Positions 9,783 through 20,218 of a DNA stretch of 64,000 bases are shown here, piece by piece. Location: contig CAYMED010000006.1 of assembly GCA_964389655.1 (NCBI GenBank), forward strand, positions 4,679 to 68,678, read 5' to 3'. Numbering within the stretch: position 1 is the stretch's first letter; each line of letters opens with the position of its first letter. A model generated the notes under the pieces. The model was not told the DNA's origin, did no database searches, and worked only from the letters and a program-made list of their open reading frames with translations. Position numbers and translations under genes: made by a program. This stretch comes from an uncultured Candidatus Poseidoniales archaeon. GTDB lineage: Archaea; Thermoplasmatota; Poseidoniia; Poseidoniales; CAYMED01.

Positions 9783-10967
9783 ATGAGACGACACGATATA
9801 GCGGCGGTGCTCATCTTGCTGCTAACTCCGATGGGGGGCTGCTTGGATTCATTTTCATCAAATCGTGCCCCTGTTGCCACTTTTATTGTAAGTGCCGATG
9901 GAACTTCTGTTTCTGAAGGAGCGTCCGTCAGGGTCAAGCAAGTCGTTACATTCGACGCTACTGCATCTGCAGATGATGATGGAGATGCCCTTGATTACCA
10001 ATGGGTAGTTGAGTTAAGTGGGAAACGCACTGAATTGACGAATGTCAAGGCAACATACACGCCATCCGATGAAGGAAATATGAAAATCACGCTTACAGTA
10101 AGTGATGGGAGTAAGTCTGCCACCCTTGAAAGAAGCATCAAAATTGTAGCTGAAGATACTGCAGCCCCCACTGCAGAGGCAGGTGGGAATGAGGGTACGG
10201 GAACTTCACGGCACTATCTCGTTGTGATTGATGTAGCCAAAGAAGATAGTGATCGTGTGATGGATGAAACAACATCAGTTGAAATTGATGCATCGGAATC
10301 AGCAGCAGATCCTGGAGAGATGAATGCTTACATTACGGATTGGATTTGGGACCTTGATACAACAACAGATTCAGATGGAGACGGAGTTACGGATAACGAT
10401 GACAATCAAAGAGGAAAAACATATACCATGGAAAATGTCGCTCCCGGATACTACCCAATCAAGCTTACAGTCATTGACAATAATGGGTTAACTGATGAGG
10501 ATGAAGTAGTGGTGTATGTCAATTGGAAAGCAACGTGGGAAGAAATGACAGTTGGAAGAAATCTCTCTAATTCAGATAATGATGTTGATTTCCAATTTAC
10601 TGCATTCTATACATCAGATAGCAAGACAAAGGAGCGTAATGTACGATCAGTTGAAGCATGGGTCGTGCATCCAGATCGTGATGATGATTGGAATGGTATT
10701 GGGGCTGTAGACGATAATCGTCTTGATTTGTTTGCGAAAAACGAATCTGACGAGGATGTTTCGAATACCACGCAACAGACGGATGAGCAGCGAAAAGGCA
10801 ACGGGATTTGTGATCTTGAAGATGGAGAAGAATGCGCTTACATTTATCTCTCAAGAAGTCAGTTTCGAATGTATGATGATGGAGAATGGACAATACTTGT
10901 AGTGAATGGTGAACGACATGACACAGAACTCACGCGGTTTGTCGTCAAAGTAACCTATAAATCATGA
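9783..10967 (+). CDS. PKD-domain lipoprotein
   Basis: Signal peptide ending in lipobox-like MGGC; NRAPVA..FDATASADDDGDALDYQW..ITLTVSDG; second PKD with DSDGDG loop and LTVIDNNG. Confidence 0.82.
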   Translation: MRRHDIAAVLILLLTPMGGCLDSFSSNRAPVATFIVSADGTSVSEGASVRVKQVVTFDATASADDDGDALDYQWVVELSGKRTELTNVKATYTPSDEGNMKITLTVSDGSKSATLERSIKIVAEDTAAPTAEAGGNEGTGTSRHYLVVIDVAKEDSDRVMDETTSVEIDASESAADPGEMNAYITDWIWDLDTTTDSDGDGVTDNDDNQRGKTYTMENVAPGYYPIKLTVIDNNGLTDEDEVVVYVNWKATWEEMTVGRNLSNSDNDVDFQFTAFYTSDSKTKERNVRSVEAWVVHPDRDDDWNGIGAVDDNRLDLFAKNESDEDVSNTTQQTDEQRKGNGICDLEDGEECAYIYLSRSQFRMYDDGEWTILVVNGERHDTELTRFVVKVTYKS

Positions 10968-11365
10968 GAAAATGGAATTTTTCCCGCCTCATCCATAGTT
11001 ACATGGTCTAAAGGAATGTCAAGTTCAAGAGCAAGATCGAATGCTAGAGGGACGCGCGCCTGTAGCATCGCTTGGCCCATCGTTTTCCCTTGTGCATCCA
11101 TGCGGAGAGATACCGTACCCCCCCCATCTAAAGCATGATGAAGCATCAAATTCAGGGCACCTATGCCGGGTAGTTCATAGAGCTCTATCTTACCTTGTAC
11201 ACGCGTTCCAAACCAAGCAATTGCACGCTTAACTGAAATGGCCTCTCGCAATGCCTCAAACCATTCACGACGGCGAGATACTAGACCAACATTAACGTGA
11301 TCGCCTTTGTCCCCACTACGTGCAATTGCGATAACATGCAGGGGTATCCAAACAGTGCCTTGCAT
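10955..11365 (-). CDS. AtuA C-terminal-like (ferredoxin-fold) small protein
   Basis: IARSGDKGDHVNVG, YELPGIGALN, ALDGGGTVSLRMDAQGK; TGATG coupling to the upstream gene. Confidence 0.88.
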   Translation of the reverse strand: MQGTVWIPLHVIAIARSGDKGDHVNVGLVSRRREWFEALREAISVKRAIAWFGTRVQGKIELYELPGIGALNLMLHHALDGGGTVSLRMDAQGKTMGQAMLQARVPLAFDLALELDIPLDHVTMDEAGKIPFSHDL

Positions 11366-12981
11366 CAAGTATCCCCCTTAAGGCGTTCTAGTATCGCACC
11401 AGATACACGCTTTCGGCGACCTTCAGGGGCACGGCGGTGCATTCGTTCTAGCCGATCTGTCAGTTCATGTTCAAGGGTGGATTGAGCTTGTCCAAGCCAC
11501 ATCCGCATTGAATTAAGTAATGGGCGCGGTAGATTTTCTATTTTAGAATCTAATAATTCAACTCGCACTTTACTTTCTACGTGTCCGCGCTCGATAAGAG
11601 AGGGCCAATACCGAAATTGAGAACGTGGGCGTGGGCGCGCGCTATAACCTGCAACGCCTGCTGGTCCGGTTAGGACCAAAGGTGCGATTTCACGGCCAAA
11701 ATCGATTACTTGACGCCTTGATTGACTGGAAACGGCCCAACGAATGATGACCTCAGGCGGTTCACATTCGTCTATTGGAATACCTGGTAAAACTGTTGCA
11801 CCCCCGCCATATATCTCGGTGCAAATGTTAAGTGAGTCAAGACCTTCTTCGTCAAGACGTGATCGAAGGGTTTCATCAGTTACTTGTGCACGGATCACTG
11901 CATTGGGGCCGGGAATTAGAAGTTGGGCTGAAGCAAACCACCCATCTTGATGTGATGCTGAAACCTTGAGTTTTGAGGGCATCTGACTGCCTTTTGCCCC
12001 TGATACCTTAACGCGGTTCACCCCCGAATCTTCAATCTGGACGTTGCTCAGGTCGACAATTACGTCTGGTGTCAAGTAAGCCTTCGGATCTGCTATTTCA
12101 TAGACAAGTTGCTCGCATACAGTCAATCTTGATAGACGGCCTCCGCTCCCTTTTGGCTTTGTCAGTTGAAGCGAACCATCCACACCAATTTCAGCGATGG
12201 GATAACCAAGTCGGCCCAAATCAGGCTGATCAATCCAACCCGTGTGATTGCCCCCACTAGATTGGGCACCACACTCGATTAAATGTCCTGCAACGGTCCA
12301 ACTTGCCAAGAGATTTAACGCATCATCACCAGCAACATCCGCCCATTCAGTAACTGGCCCGCATAGCGGAGACCCTGAAATTTCAGCACGGCTTGCCCAG
12401 CCAGATTCATAGATCATTGGCCCAACAACGAGTGAGGCATCTGCGACTCGGCCCGTGATCACAATATCAGCTCCTCGGTCAAGCGCTCGGGAAATACCAC
12501 CCGCACCAAGATACGCATTTGCTGAAGCGAGGCGGCGGCGGATTGCAGTAATCGGTTCGTCCGTCTCAAGGTGGCGTAAATACTCGCCAGATTCTAGTAA
12601 TTCACCAACCCGGCCGACTAAATCATCACCAATAACAACTGCAACTTTGCAGTCACTCCACCCATCCTCTATTGCCAGTGCAAGAACATGCTCGGCGCAT
12701 GCTCGGGGATTTGCTCCCCCTGCATTCGTAACAAGACGAACTGAACGATCGCGGAGTAATGTGATGCCACCAGATCCAAGCCAATCTGCAAGGTCAACTG
12801 CCCATCCACCTTCCCGCTCCCGCGCTCGTTGTTTGGCTAGAATGGACATGGTAAGTTCTGCGAGATAATCCAAGATTAGATAGTCAATTTGGGATGTTTT
12901 GAGTAAATTGATTGGCGCACTAACGCGGTCGCCATAGAAGCCACCACCGCCGCCGATCCGGATCGTCTTGGCTTTGCTCAA
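11365..12981 (-). CDS. Acyclic terpene utilization AtuA family (DUF1446) protein
   Basis: GFYGDR, DYLILDYLAELTM, TNAGGANP, SANAYLG, ITGRVAD, AGHLIECGAQ, YLTPDV. Confidence 0.92.
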   Translation of the reverse strand: MSKAKTIRIGGGGGFYGDRVSAPINLLKTSQIDYLILDYLAELTMSILAKQRAREREGGWAVDLADWLGSGGITLLRDRSVRLVTNAGGANPRACAEHVLALAIEDGWSDCKVAVVIGDDLVGRVGELLESGEYLRHLETDEPITAIRRRLASANAYLGAGGISRALDRGADIVITGRVADASLVVGPMIYESGWASRAEISGSPLCGPVTEWADVAGDDALNLLASWTVAGHLIECGAQSSGGNHTGWIDQPDLGRLGYPIAEIGVDGSLQLTKPKGSGGRLSRLTVCEQLVYEIADPKAYLTPDVIVDLSNVQIEDSGVNRVKVSGAKGSQMPSKLKVSASHQDGWFASAQLLIPGPNAVIRAQVTDETLRSRLDEEGLDSLNICTEIYGGGATVLPGIPIDECEPPEVIIRWAVSSQSRRQVIDFGREIAPLVLTGPAGVAGYSARPRPRSQFRYWPSLIERGHVESKVRVELLDSKIENLPRPLLNSMRMWLGQAQSTLEHELTDRLERMHRRAPEGRRKRVSGAILERLKGDT

Positions 12982-13060
12982 AGCGAGACCTCATGGCTAC
13001 GGTGATGCGCTCGCGCCTTCAGACCACCGATCATAACAGCAAAGCCCATATCTGATAAGG

Positions 13061-13066
13061 TTTAAA
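13061..13066 (+). promoter_or_regulatory. Probable TATA box (TTTAAA) with purine-rich BRE-like element, EF-1alpha/S10 operon
   Basis: GATAAGG-TTTAAA about 40 nt upstream of ATG 13107; SD GGAGG at 13092-13096. Confidence 0.6.
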
Positions 13067-13106
13067 TCACGCAGACATGCGGCCCTGCGCCGGAGGAGTC
13101 CAATTT

Positions 13107-14396
13107 ATGGGTTCGCAATGGGAAGATAAATCAAAACCACACCTGAATATCGTTTTCGTCGGTCATGTTGACCACGGGAAATCAACAACCGTAGGAAGGC
13201 TACTGTTAGATAGTGGTCATATTGAACCTCACGTCATCGAAAAATTTGAGAAAGAAGCTGCAGAACGTGGAAAGGCTGGATTCGGCTTTGCATATGTTAT
13301 GGACGGATTAAAGGAAGAAAGAGAAAGAGGAATTACAATTGATGTTGCACACAAAGAATTCTTCACTCCAAATTACTACTATACTGTCATTGATGCGCCC
13401 GGTCACCGGGACTTCGTCAAAAATATGATTACAGGGACAAGTCAGGCAGATGCTGCTGTCTTACTGTGTGCTGCGAATGATGGGGTAAATGCTCAAACAA
13501 AAGAGCACGCGTTTTTGGCACGTGTTCTTGGAGTTAAGCAATTGATCGTCAGCGTAAATAAAATGGACATCTCAGGAGTTGATTGGTCCGAAGATAAATA
13601 CAAATCAACTTGCGATGAAGTTGGAAACCTTCTGAAAATGGCTGGATTCAATCCCACGGATATCCCAATGATTCCATGTTCTGCTTTTGATGGAGATAAT
13701 GTATACAACAAATCCGATAAATCACCTTGGTACAAGGGGCCAACATTGTTTGAAGCCATCGATAAAATATCAATGCCCGGAAAACCCACTGACCGACCAT
13801 TGAGGTTACCAATCCAAGACGTCTACAAAATAAGTGGTATTGGAACGGTTCCTGTTGGGAAGATTGAGACTGGTGTACTTCACGCTGAGAAAACGGTCGT
13901 GTTCAACCCAAGTCAAAAATCGGCCAAAGTAAAATCGATTGAAATGCATCACACCCAAGTTCAAAAAGCTGAGCCAGGGGACAATGTTGGATTCAACGTA
14001 CATGGCCTTGCAGCCACAGATATTCGCCGTGGCGATGTTGCTGGATATGAGGACAAACCCCCTCAGTTTGTTCGCCACGACGAAACCTTTGTTGGCCAAA
14101 TCCAGTTGATGGACATCCCAAAAGCAGTGTCTATTGGATATACACCGGTATTCCACGCCCATACCTCCCAAGTTGCTGTTCGCTTCAATGCACTTCTAGA
14201 GAAGACAAAGGCTGGGCAGAAAACCCCTAATCCTGACTTCTTGTCAACAGGTGACGCTGCAATTGTAGAGTTTGCACCCACAAAGCCAATGGCAATTGAA
14301 GCAAATGAGGATTTCCCGGAATTGTCTCGCTTCGCCATCCGAGATATGGGGCGCACAGTTGCTGCTGGCGTCTGCTTCAAAATCAACAAGAAGTAA
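13107..14396 (+). CDS. tuf: Translation elongation factor EF-1alpha
   Basis: [44 protein letters not shown]; start moved to ATG 13107 behind GGAGG. Confidence 0.98.
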   Translation: MGSQWEDKSKPHLNIVFVGHVDHGKSTTVGRLLLDSGHIEPHVIEKFEKEAAERGKAGFGFAYVMDGLKEERERGITIDVAHKEFFTPNYYYTVIDAPGHRDFVKNMITGTSQADAAVLLCAANDGVNAQTKEHAFLARVLGVKQLIVSVNKMDISGVDWSEDKYKSTCDEVGNLLKMAGFNPTDIPMIPCSAFDGDNVYNKSDKSPWYKGPTLFEAIDKISMPGKPTDRPLRLPIQDVYKISGIGTVPVGKIETGVLHAEKTVVFNPSQKSAKVKSIEMHHTQVQKAEPGDNVGFNVHGLAATDIRRGDVAGYEDKPPQFVRHDETFVGQIQLMDIPKAVSIGYTPVFHAHTSQVAVRFNALLEKTKAGQKTPNPDFLSTGDAAIVEFAPTKPMAIEANEDFPELSRFAIRDMGRTVAAGVCFKINKK

Positions 14397-14400
14397 GAAC

Positions 14401-14748
14401 GTGAATGGAGGGAGCGGTCTGGCACAGGTCTTCACCATTCGCTTGACAAGTGAAGACCACAGGGCTCTTGATTCTGTTTGTGGAACGATTCGAGCAATCG
14501 CTGAACAAACAGGTATACGGATGCGTGGCCCTATTCCACTACCCACGCGACGATTAGTAGTTCCATGCAGAAAATCCCCTGATGGCGAAGGATGTGAAAC
14601 CTTTGATCACTGGGAAATGAGAATTCATAAACGAATGATTGAACTCGTATCATCGGGAAACAAGGAAGACAACGCTGTTCGTCAACTCACCCGATTGAAA
14701 ATTCCTGATTCAGTAACAATCGAATTCAACATGCGAATTGTAACCTAA
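14401..14748 (+). CDS. rpsJ: 30S ribosomal protein S10 (start GTG 14401 or CTG 14419)
   Basis: GPIPLPT, RKSPDGEG, WEMRIHKR; directly after EF-1alpha. Confidence 0.96.
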   Translation: MNGGSGLAQVFTIRLTSEDHRALDSVCGTIRAIAEQTGIRMRGPIPLPTRRLVVPCRKSPDGEGCETFDHWEMRIHKRMIELVSSGNKEDNAVRQLTRLKIPDSVTIEFNMRIVT

Positions 14749-14750
14749 GT

Positions 14751-15695
14751 TCACAAATCTGCTGCTTCTGCGAAACCCGCTTGAATTAGTGTAGTGGCGA
14801 TAGTAAAAGAGCAAACGCGCGTATCACCTTTCTTAAGTTCTATTTCGCCACCATTGTCATCGAGGATTGGCTCGGGGAGGTCAATTAATATCCTAATTCT
14901 CCTAGTTCCGTTTGGTTGATCCGGCGTATTCTCATCCGATGATGAGCTAGATGTGGGAGGGGTTGTTTCTATTGCTAATTGGGGGGGAATAAATCCATCT
15001 TCTGCATCCCGAACGCTAAGTTCAGCAATTGGGCCAGATAAATCCATTAACTCAGGAAATGGGTCCAAACTTGATTCATCTAGATTCAATTCTGGATCTT
15101 CCCAAGTTTCAGAGATACCTTCCTCGGTGGCCTCAGCAGGGGGCTCCATTCCAGTTAATTTACCAGTACCTCCTACAAAGTCATCAAGTGGTTTGATTCC
15201 AGATGGCCGAAGAGAAGGAATTGCCACATCAAGTATTTCAGACCATTTTATGCTCTTTTTGAAACTACGTATTACTTCGACCAATGCATCATGTGCAATC
15301 CGCTCAGCTCGGTCATGACGATTCCAATCTAGCGCAGGAACATCTTGAGATCTCGCAGTTGTATCGGCTGTTGAAGGAGGGGAACGCATTTCTCTTGCAG
15401 CTGCATTTGCCAACATCGCGCACAATCGGTCTCGCGCCAAGTCAGCTAAACTGGTACGTAAACGGTGCCTGCGCCGAACGAGTTCTTGTGTTTTCATTGA
15501 ACTATACCCCTCAACCTCAGCGGATACACGTATGCGCGCATCAAGATCTGCCGTCAATAACATAACATCATCCCAAAAAGATGGGGTCCCAACATCAATG
15601 GGGGCACGCCGTTTGGCTTGCGTGCGCGAAAGTGCATGGATCCGTTCCTCAAGAGCCGACCAATCACGGCGAGGGTTCGGGCTAGATTGGCTCAC
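14751..15695 (-). CDS. Probable GINS (Gins51/Gins15-type) DNA replication factor with long acidic linker
   Basis: N-terminal helical A-domain-like segment (SFWDDV...LARDRLCAML); C-terminal B-domain-like RIRILIDLPEPILDDNGGEIELKKGD..IATTLIQAGFAE; SD GAGGTG 5 nt before GTG 15695. Confidence 0.68.
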   Translation of the reverse strand: MSQSSPNPRRDWSALEERIHALSRTQAKRRAPIDVGTPSFWDDVMLLTADLDARIRVSAEVEGYSSMKTQELVRRRHRLRTSLADLARDRLCAMLANAAAREMRSPPSTADTTARSQDVPALDWNRHDRAERIAHDALVEVIRSFKKSIKWSEILDVAIPSLRPSGIKPLDDFVGGTGKLTGMEPPAEATEEGISETWEDPELNLDESSLDPFPELMDLSGPIAELSVRDAEDGFIPPQLAIETTPPTSSSSSDENTPDQPNGTRRIRILIDLPEPILDDNGGEIELKKGDTRVCSFTIATTLIQAGFAEAADL

Positions 15696-15799
15696 CACGG
15701 CACCTCGACATTTGCCGGGTGGGTGGAGGATCAAAGAGGCTTGCGACGGGAATTGCATATCGGGAGGGCTCAAGAACACATGGCCATAGCGAACGTTGT

Positions 15800-15881
15800 G
15801 CCGGGGTAGCGAAGCGGTCAAACGCGGCGGGCTCAAGATCCGTTCCCTAGGGGTTCGCAGGTTCGAATCCTGCCCCCGGCA
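15800..15881 (+). tRNA. tRNA-Leu (CAA), long variable arm, no intron, CCA not encoded
   Basis: Acceptor stem GCCGGGG/CCCCGGC plus discriminator A; anticodon arm GCGGG-CTCAAGA-TCCGT; variable arm CCCTAGGGG; T-arm GCAGG-TTCGAAT-CCTGC. Confidence 0.96.
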
Positions 15882-15923
15882 CCCACACAATTGTTCAAAT
15901 CTAGGAGTACCCTCCTTGCCCAC

Positions 15924-18617
15924 ATGGGGGACGAGGATGCAATCATCTTCGAAGAAGAGGATAGACATGAAATAGCCGATTCCACCCCTGATACGGTGGA
16001 AAATGAATACATGGCTGAAGTAGTCATTGGAGCAGACTTGCATAATGAGGTTACATTGACTCCAGCGGGGGTAGAAACATTTCAGTGGGGGCTCTATGGA
16101 ATGGATTGTCCAGATTGCGCACTTACGGCCACGCGTGCTGTGAACAAACTCAAAGGAATAGAAACTTGTCAAATATCTGTCACAGATGGCATGATGAAGA
16201 TGTCAGTAAACCTTGAAAAAAATACGGTTGCAGATGTAAACGATATCCTAGACAATTTAGGGCATGCTCCAAAAAAAGAATGGTGGGTAATAGAGGGGCA
16301 GCGGGCGTCGGTATTCTCACAGAGATTAGGATCGGACCAAAATGGGCTAATTAAGCAGTTACGGTCTGCTCTTGGTGTACTAGATGTTGATTTAAGCAAA
16401 TCAGATGAAATCCGGTTTCGTTGGGCTGCGCCAATTTCAAAACCAAAATCCACCCCATCTGGTTGCATATCAGATGTATTTGGCACAGAATTGGTTGTAC
16501 AGGAGATTAAACACCAAATCTTGAGGCCTGACCAAATGCGACTTGTTGGGGCAATAATTGCCCTACCGGTTCTTGCATTGATCCTTGTTGTGAATCAATT
16601 CTTCCCAAGTATTCTAGAGAAAGGCGGTTTGGGTGCTGGAATTATAATATTCATCGTATTCTCTGGAACATTGGCTGCCGGATGGCGGACATTTATCGAA
16701 GGCTGGCATTCTTTTCGATCTGCTCAATTTTCAATTCCAGTTCTGACAAGTTTGGCAATTATTGGTGCACTATTCCTGCAGGCATGGGTAGAAGCATTGC
16801 TAGTGGCCATATTAGTTGGGTTTGCTGGATCACTGGAGGGCTTAGCAATCGAGCGCGCTAGGAAGACGATGAAGGGGGGATTTGAAAGAAATCCCACAAT
16901 GGCACGGCCACACAATACAGCCAACAATAACAAACATGATGAGGAAGCTGATTCGCACAAAAAAGACCCTAAAGGCCTCGACCGCACCAATATATCGGCC
17001 AATTCGCACAACAACCATGATTCAAGTATGATACCCGTAGCGTTAGTGAAGAAAGGAGACCATATTGAAGTTCGATCATCTGAAATGGTCCCAGTTGATG
17101 GCGTAATCATAGGTGGAAAAGGGTCTCTTGACCGGTCCCCTTTGACTGGTGAACCACTCCCTGTTGCGGTGAAAAAAGGAGATGAGGTTCTGGCTGGCCT
17201 CATCCTAGCAACTGGGCCTGTGATTGTTAAAACCGAGAAAACGGGTAGGGATACCCGACTTTCAGAATTGATAAAGAAAGTTGGAGAAGAACGTACAAAG
17301 CCACCTAGGATCCACGGTGCGCTAGAATGGTTTACGACTATTTGGATCCCACTGGTCATCATCCTAGGCCCATTGGTTGCATTGCTTCAAGGAAATATTG
17401 AGAAAATGCTGCTAATTTGGATCGTGGCCTGCCCTTGCGCCCTACTACTCGCAGCCCCGATCCCACATGCCGCAGCACTTGCTTCCGCTGGGAAAAGGGG
17501 GATGGTATTGCGCGGTGGTGTAACTTTGGAGAGATGTGCAAAAATTGACAGAATCATTCTTGACAAAACGGGAACCCTCACAGAAGGCACACCCTCTATT
17601 GCTGAAATCCATTGTGCTAGAGGGTATGACGAAACAAAAGTGCTTGAACTTGCTGCTGGAATGGAAAAGGTCAGTAAACACGCATATGCCATTGCAATCC
17701 TTAAAGCCGCTGAAAGTCAAAACATCGACGCTAAAATTTTCGAAGACGTCAGTGAGGGGGAAGATGAAGTAAGGGCGAAATTCAATGGACATAGATGGAG
17801 ATTGGGGCGGCTTCGAGTAGATGAAGAAAAAGCACCAACTTGGCTTAGAAAATCCATAGATAGTTCGCGCGAGCAAGGAAGGGGAATGGTTACCTTAAGC
17901 AGAAATGACCGACCAATTGCATTACTTTCTTTTGAGCATGATGATCTACGTGAAGGAATGGCAGACATGATTCATCGATTCACTGAACTCGGCATTTCAG
18001 TTGAAATCCTATCTGGCGACGATAAAGAAGCGACAAAAATGCTTGGATCACGATTGGGGCTTCCACCAACTGCATGCCTTGGTGGACTTACCCCTGAAGA
18101 GAAAGCTGAGTATGTTCGAAAGTGTTCCATTCAGGAAGTCGTAATGATGGCTGGAGATGGGTTCAATGATTCAGTATCACTTGCCGCTGCTGATGTTGGA
18201 ATCGCGATTGGAACGGGTGATTCTGTGAGCATTGAAGCTGCCGATGTACTCATACCAAAGCGTAACCCTGAAGTGATTCCTGAATTAATTGAGTTGGCGC
18301 AGCGGACGCGAAGAACAGTAATGGTCAATCTATTTATCACAGTGCTCGTAACAATTATTCTTGCATCAATAGTTCTCAATCCAAACATCGAAGGCATCCC
18401 CTTAGCGGTAGGATTTCTAACTCATGAAATTGCAGTCATATTCACAATCATTTATGGCGTAACTCCAGTCAATAAAGGGGCACGATGGGAAGCAATGAAA
18501 GGGCTATGGAATGACCTCATTGGAGAAATCAAAGAAGTATTCACCTTGCTATTGCGCATTAATGTTGATGAGGAAGCACCAACGAGGAGAGCGGCCCCAT
18601 CAAGTACCCAAACCTGA
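15924..18617 (+). CDS. Heavy-metal-translocating P1B-type ATPase
   Basis: HMA motif GMDCPDC, LTGEP, CPC, DKTGTLT, LSGD, GDGFND. Confidence 0.95.
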   Translation: MGDEDAIIFEEEDRHEIADSTPDTVENEYMAEVVIGADLHNEVTLTPAGVETFQWGLYGMDCPDCALTATRAVNKLKGIETCQISVTDGMMKMSVNLEKNTVADVNDILDNLGHAPKKEWWVIEGQRASVFSQRLGSDQNGLIKQLRSALGVLDVDLSKSDEIRFRWAAPISKPKSTPSGCISDVFGTELVVQEIKHQILRPDQMRLVGAIIALPVLALILVVNQFFPSILEKGGLGAGIIIFIVFSGTLAAGWRTFIEGWHSFRSAQFSIPVLTSLAIIGALFLQAWVEALLVAILVGFAGSLEGLAIERARKTMKGGFERNPTMARPHNTANNNKHDEEADSHKKDPKGLDRTNISANSHNNHDSSMIPVALVKKGDHIEVRSSEMVPVDGVIIGGKGSLDRSPLTGEPLPVAVKKGDEVLAGLILATGPVIVKTEKTGRDTRLSELIKKVGEERTKPPRIHGALEWFTTIWIPLVIILGPLVALLQGNIEKMLLIWIVACPCALLLAAPIPHAAALASAGKRGMVLRGGVTLERCAKIDRIILDKTGTLTEGTPSIAEIHCARGYDETKVLELAAGMEKVSKHAYAIAILKAAESQNIDAKIFEDVSEGEDEVRAKFNGHRWRLGRLRVDEEKAPTWLRKSIDSSREQGRGMVTLSRNDRPIALLSFEHDDLREGMADMIHRFTELGISVEILSGDDKEATKMLGSRLGLPPTACLGGLTPEEKAEYVRKCSIQEVVMMAGDGFNDSVSLAAADVGIAIGTGDSVSIEAADVLIPKRNPEVIPELIELAQRTRRTVMVNLFITVLVTIILASIVLNPNIEGIPLAVGFLTHEIAVIFTIIYGVTPVNKGARWEAMKGLWNDLIGEIKEVFTLLLRINVDEEAPTRRAAPSSTQT

Positions 18618-18625
18618 TTCGGCAA

Positions 18626-19141
18626 ATGGAGAAGAGCAATATGTCAAAGATACGGGGCGATCCGATGGCCATGGCACTGTCTCACCCAACACGCAGGGAT
18701 GTTTACAACATACTCTTGGGAGTTTCTGAGATGGCGACGGTAGCCATACAAAATGCCATAGGAGTTAATCGCTATAATCTCTACCACCACCTAGACAGTT
18801 TGAAGAAAGTGGAACTTGTTGAAAATCATAGGGATGAAGGGCGGACAAGATGGTGGAGGGTGGCAAAGAGAGTTGATGGGCTAGAGATCAGCACCAAAAA
18901 CTTGCAAGTTCAAAATGCCCCAAATTTCACCGCCCTGCCTGCCGAGATTCAGCAGGCCGTCGAAGGAATGATTGCCACAGGGGCAGAGGCGCACGTCATC
19001 CATTCTGCGGGAGACATCATGAATGGCATACGCATCAAATTGCTATTGAAAGAGGCCGCAGAACTTTGGGATGATGATTTTGAACTCCCTATGACATTTG
19101 ACCCACAGACAATTTTAGTCATTGGGTCACCACGGAAGTGA
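18626..19141 (+). CDS. ArsR-like winged-HTH regulator
   Basis: ALSHPTRRDVYNIL...NLYHHLDSLKKVELV..RWW; 8 nt downstream of the ATPase. Confidence 0.8.
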   Translation: MEKSNMSKIRGDPMAMALSHPTRRDVYNILLGVSEMATVAIQNAIGVNRYNLYHHLDSLKKVELVENHRDEGRTRWWRVAKRVDGLEISTKNLQVQNAPNFTALPAEIQQAVEGMIATGAEAHVIHSAGDIMNGIRIKLLLKEAAELWDDDFELPMTFDPQTILVIGSPRK

Positions 19142-19157
19142 TCCCGTGAGAGGTTCA

Positions 19158-20189
19158 ATGATGGCTTGGACAAAAGTGCATCCGGTCAGAGGAGGTTTTG
19201 AATATATTGAACACCCCATTCCAATACCAAAAAAAGGAGAAGTTCTTGTTAAAACTGAGACAACTTCAATTTGTGGAACAGACCTTCATATTTGGGAATG
19301 GGATGATTGGAGTGCACAAAATGTCCCGCTAGGGACCATCACCGGCCATGAAACTTGTGGCAAAATAGTTGCGCTAGGGGATGACGTTACCACCCATTCA
19401 ATTGGAGACCATGTATCTGTTGAATGTCATTTGGCATGCTGGAAGTGTGACCGATGTAAAGAGGGAGATGCACATATCTGCGAAAATGGTTCCATATTTG
19501 GCGTCCATCGGAATGGGGCGTTTGCTCCTTGGTTCACAATTCCTGCCGAAAATGCACGAATTACGCCACTTAATATTGAACGGGAATTAGCATCGATACA
19601 AGACCCATTAGGAAATGCAATTCACACACTCACAGGCGGTCCCATCGAGGGCGCAACTGTTGCCATCTATGGTCTTGGGCCCATTGGACTATTTGCTGTT
19701 GATGTGGCAAAAAATCTTGGGGCAAAGAAAGTCATAGCATGTGATTGGGACAATGACATGCGCATGAAAATTGCCATCAATTTGGGTGCTGATCTTGTAC
19801 TTGGAAAAAATGACGATGTTCTAGCATCAATTCTAGAAGTTACAGGTGGGAAAGGTGTAGACAATTCATGTGAATTCAGTGGCTCCGAGATTGCCTTGAA
19901 AAATGCAATACAAGGCACGCGGATGGGGGGGTACCTGAACATCTTGGGAGTTTATGGAAATGATCCAGTTGTACCCATAAATGATGTAGTATTTCGATAC
20001 CTACACGTCAAAGGAATCAATGGTCGGCGAATGTGGGGTACATGGAACCTGATGCAGGATCTACTTTCGACACGCCGGCTTCGGCCCCAAGAAGTAATTA
20101 CACACCGCATGCCAATCGAGAAATTTGAAGTGGCAATCGAATTAATGCGGTCAGGGAATTGCGGAAAAATCATCCTAGAGGTGAGTTGA
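19158..20189 (+). CDS. tdh: L-threonine 3-dehydrogenase (Zn-dependent MDR family)
   Basis: [59 protein letters not shown]. Confidence 0.88.
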   Translation: MMAWTKVHPVRGGFEYIEHPIPIPKKGEVLVKTETTSICGTDLHIWEWDDWSAQNVPLGTITGHETCGKIVALGDDVTTHSIGDHVSVECHLACWKCDRCKEGDAHICENGSIFGVHRNGAFAPWFTIPAENARITPLNIERELASIQDPLGNAIHTLTGGPIEGATVAIYGLGPIGLFAVDVAKNLGAKKVIACDWDNDMRMKIAINLGADLVLGKNDDVLASILEVTGGKGVDNSCEFSGSEIALKNAIQGTRMGGYLNILGVYGNDPVVPINDVVFRYLHVKGINGRRMWGTWNLMQDLLSTRRLRPQEVITHRMPIEKFEVAIELMRSGNCGKIILEVS

Positions 20190-20218
20190 ACTACATCTCA
20201 CTCACACAGATATCCGGG

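Noticed and set aside
15766-15775. GGGCTCAAGA duplicate of the tRNA anticodon arm (15829-15838) as an att-site remnant
   Set aside because: Only 10 bp, upstream of the tRNA at the expected promoter position; no integrase or tRNA 3' duplication was seen
15696-16172. N-terminal 159 aa of the 473-aa minus-strand ORF
   Set aside because: It runs antisense through tRNA-Leu and the ATPase start; an SD plus GTG at 15695 gives a better start
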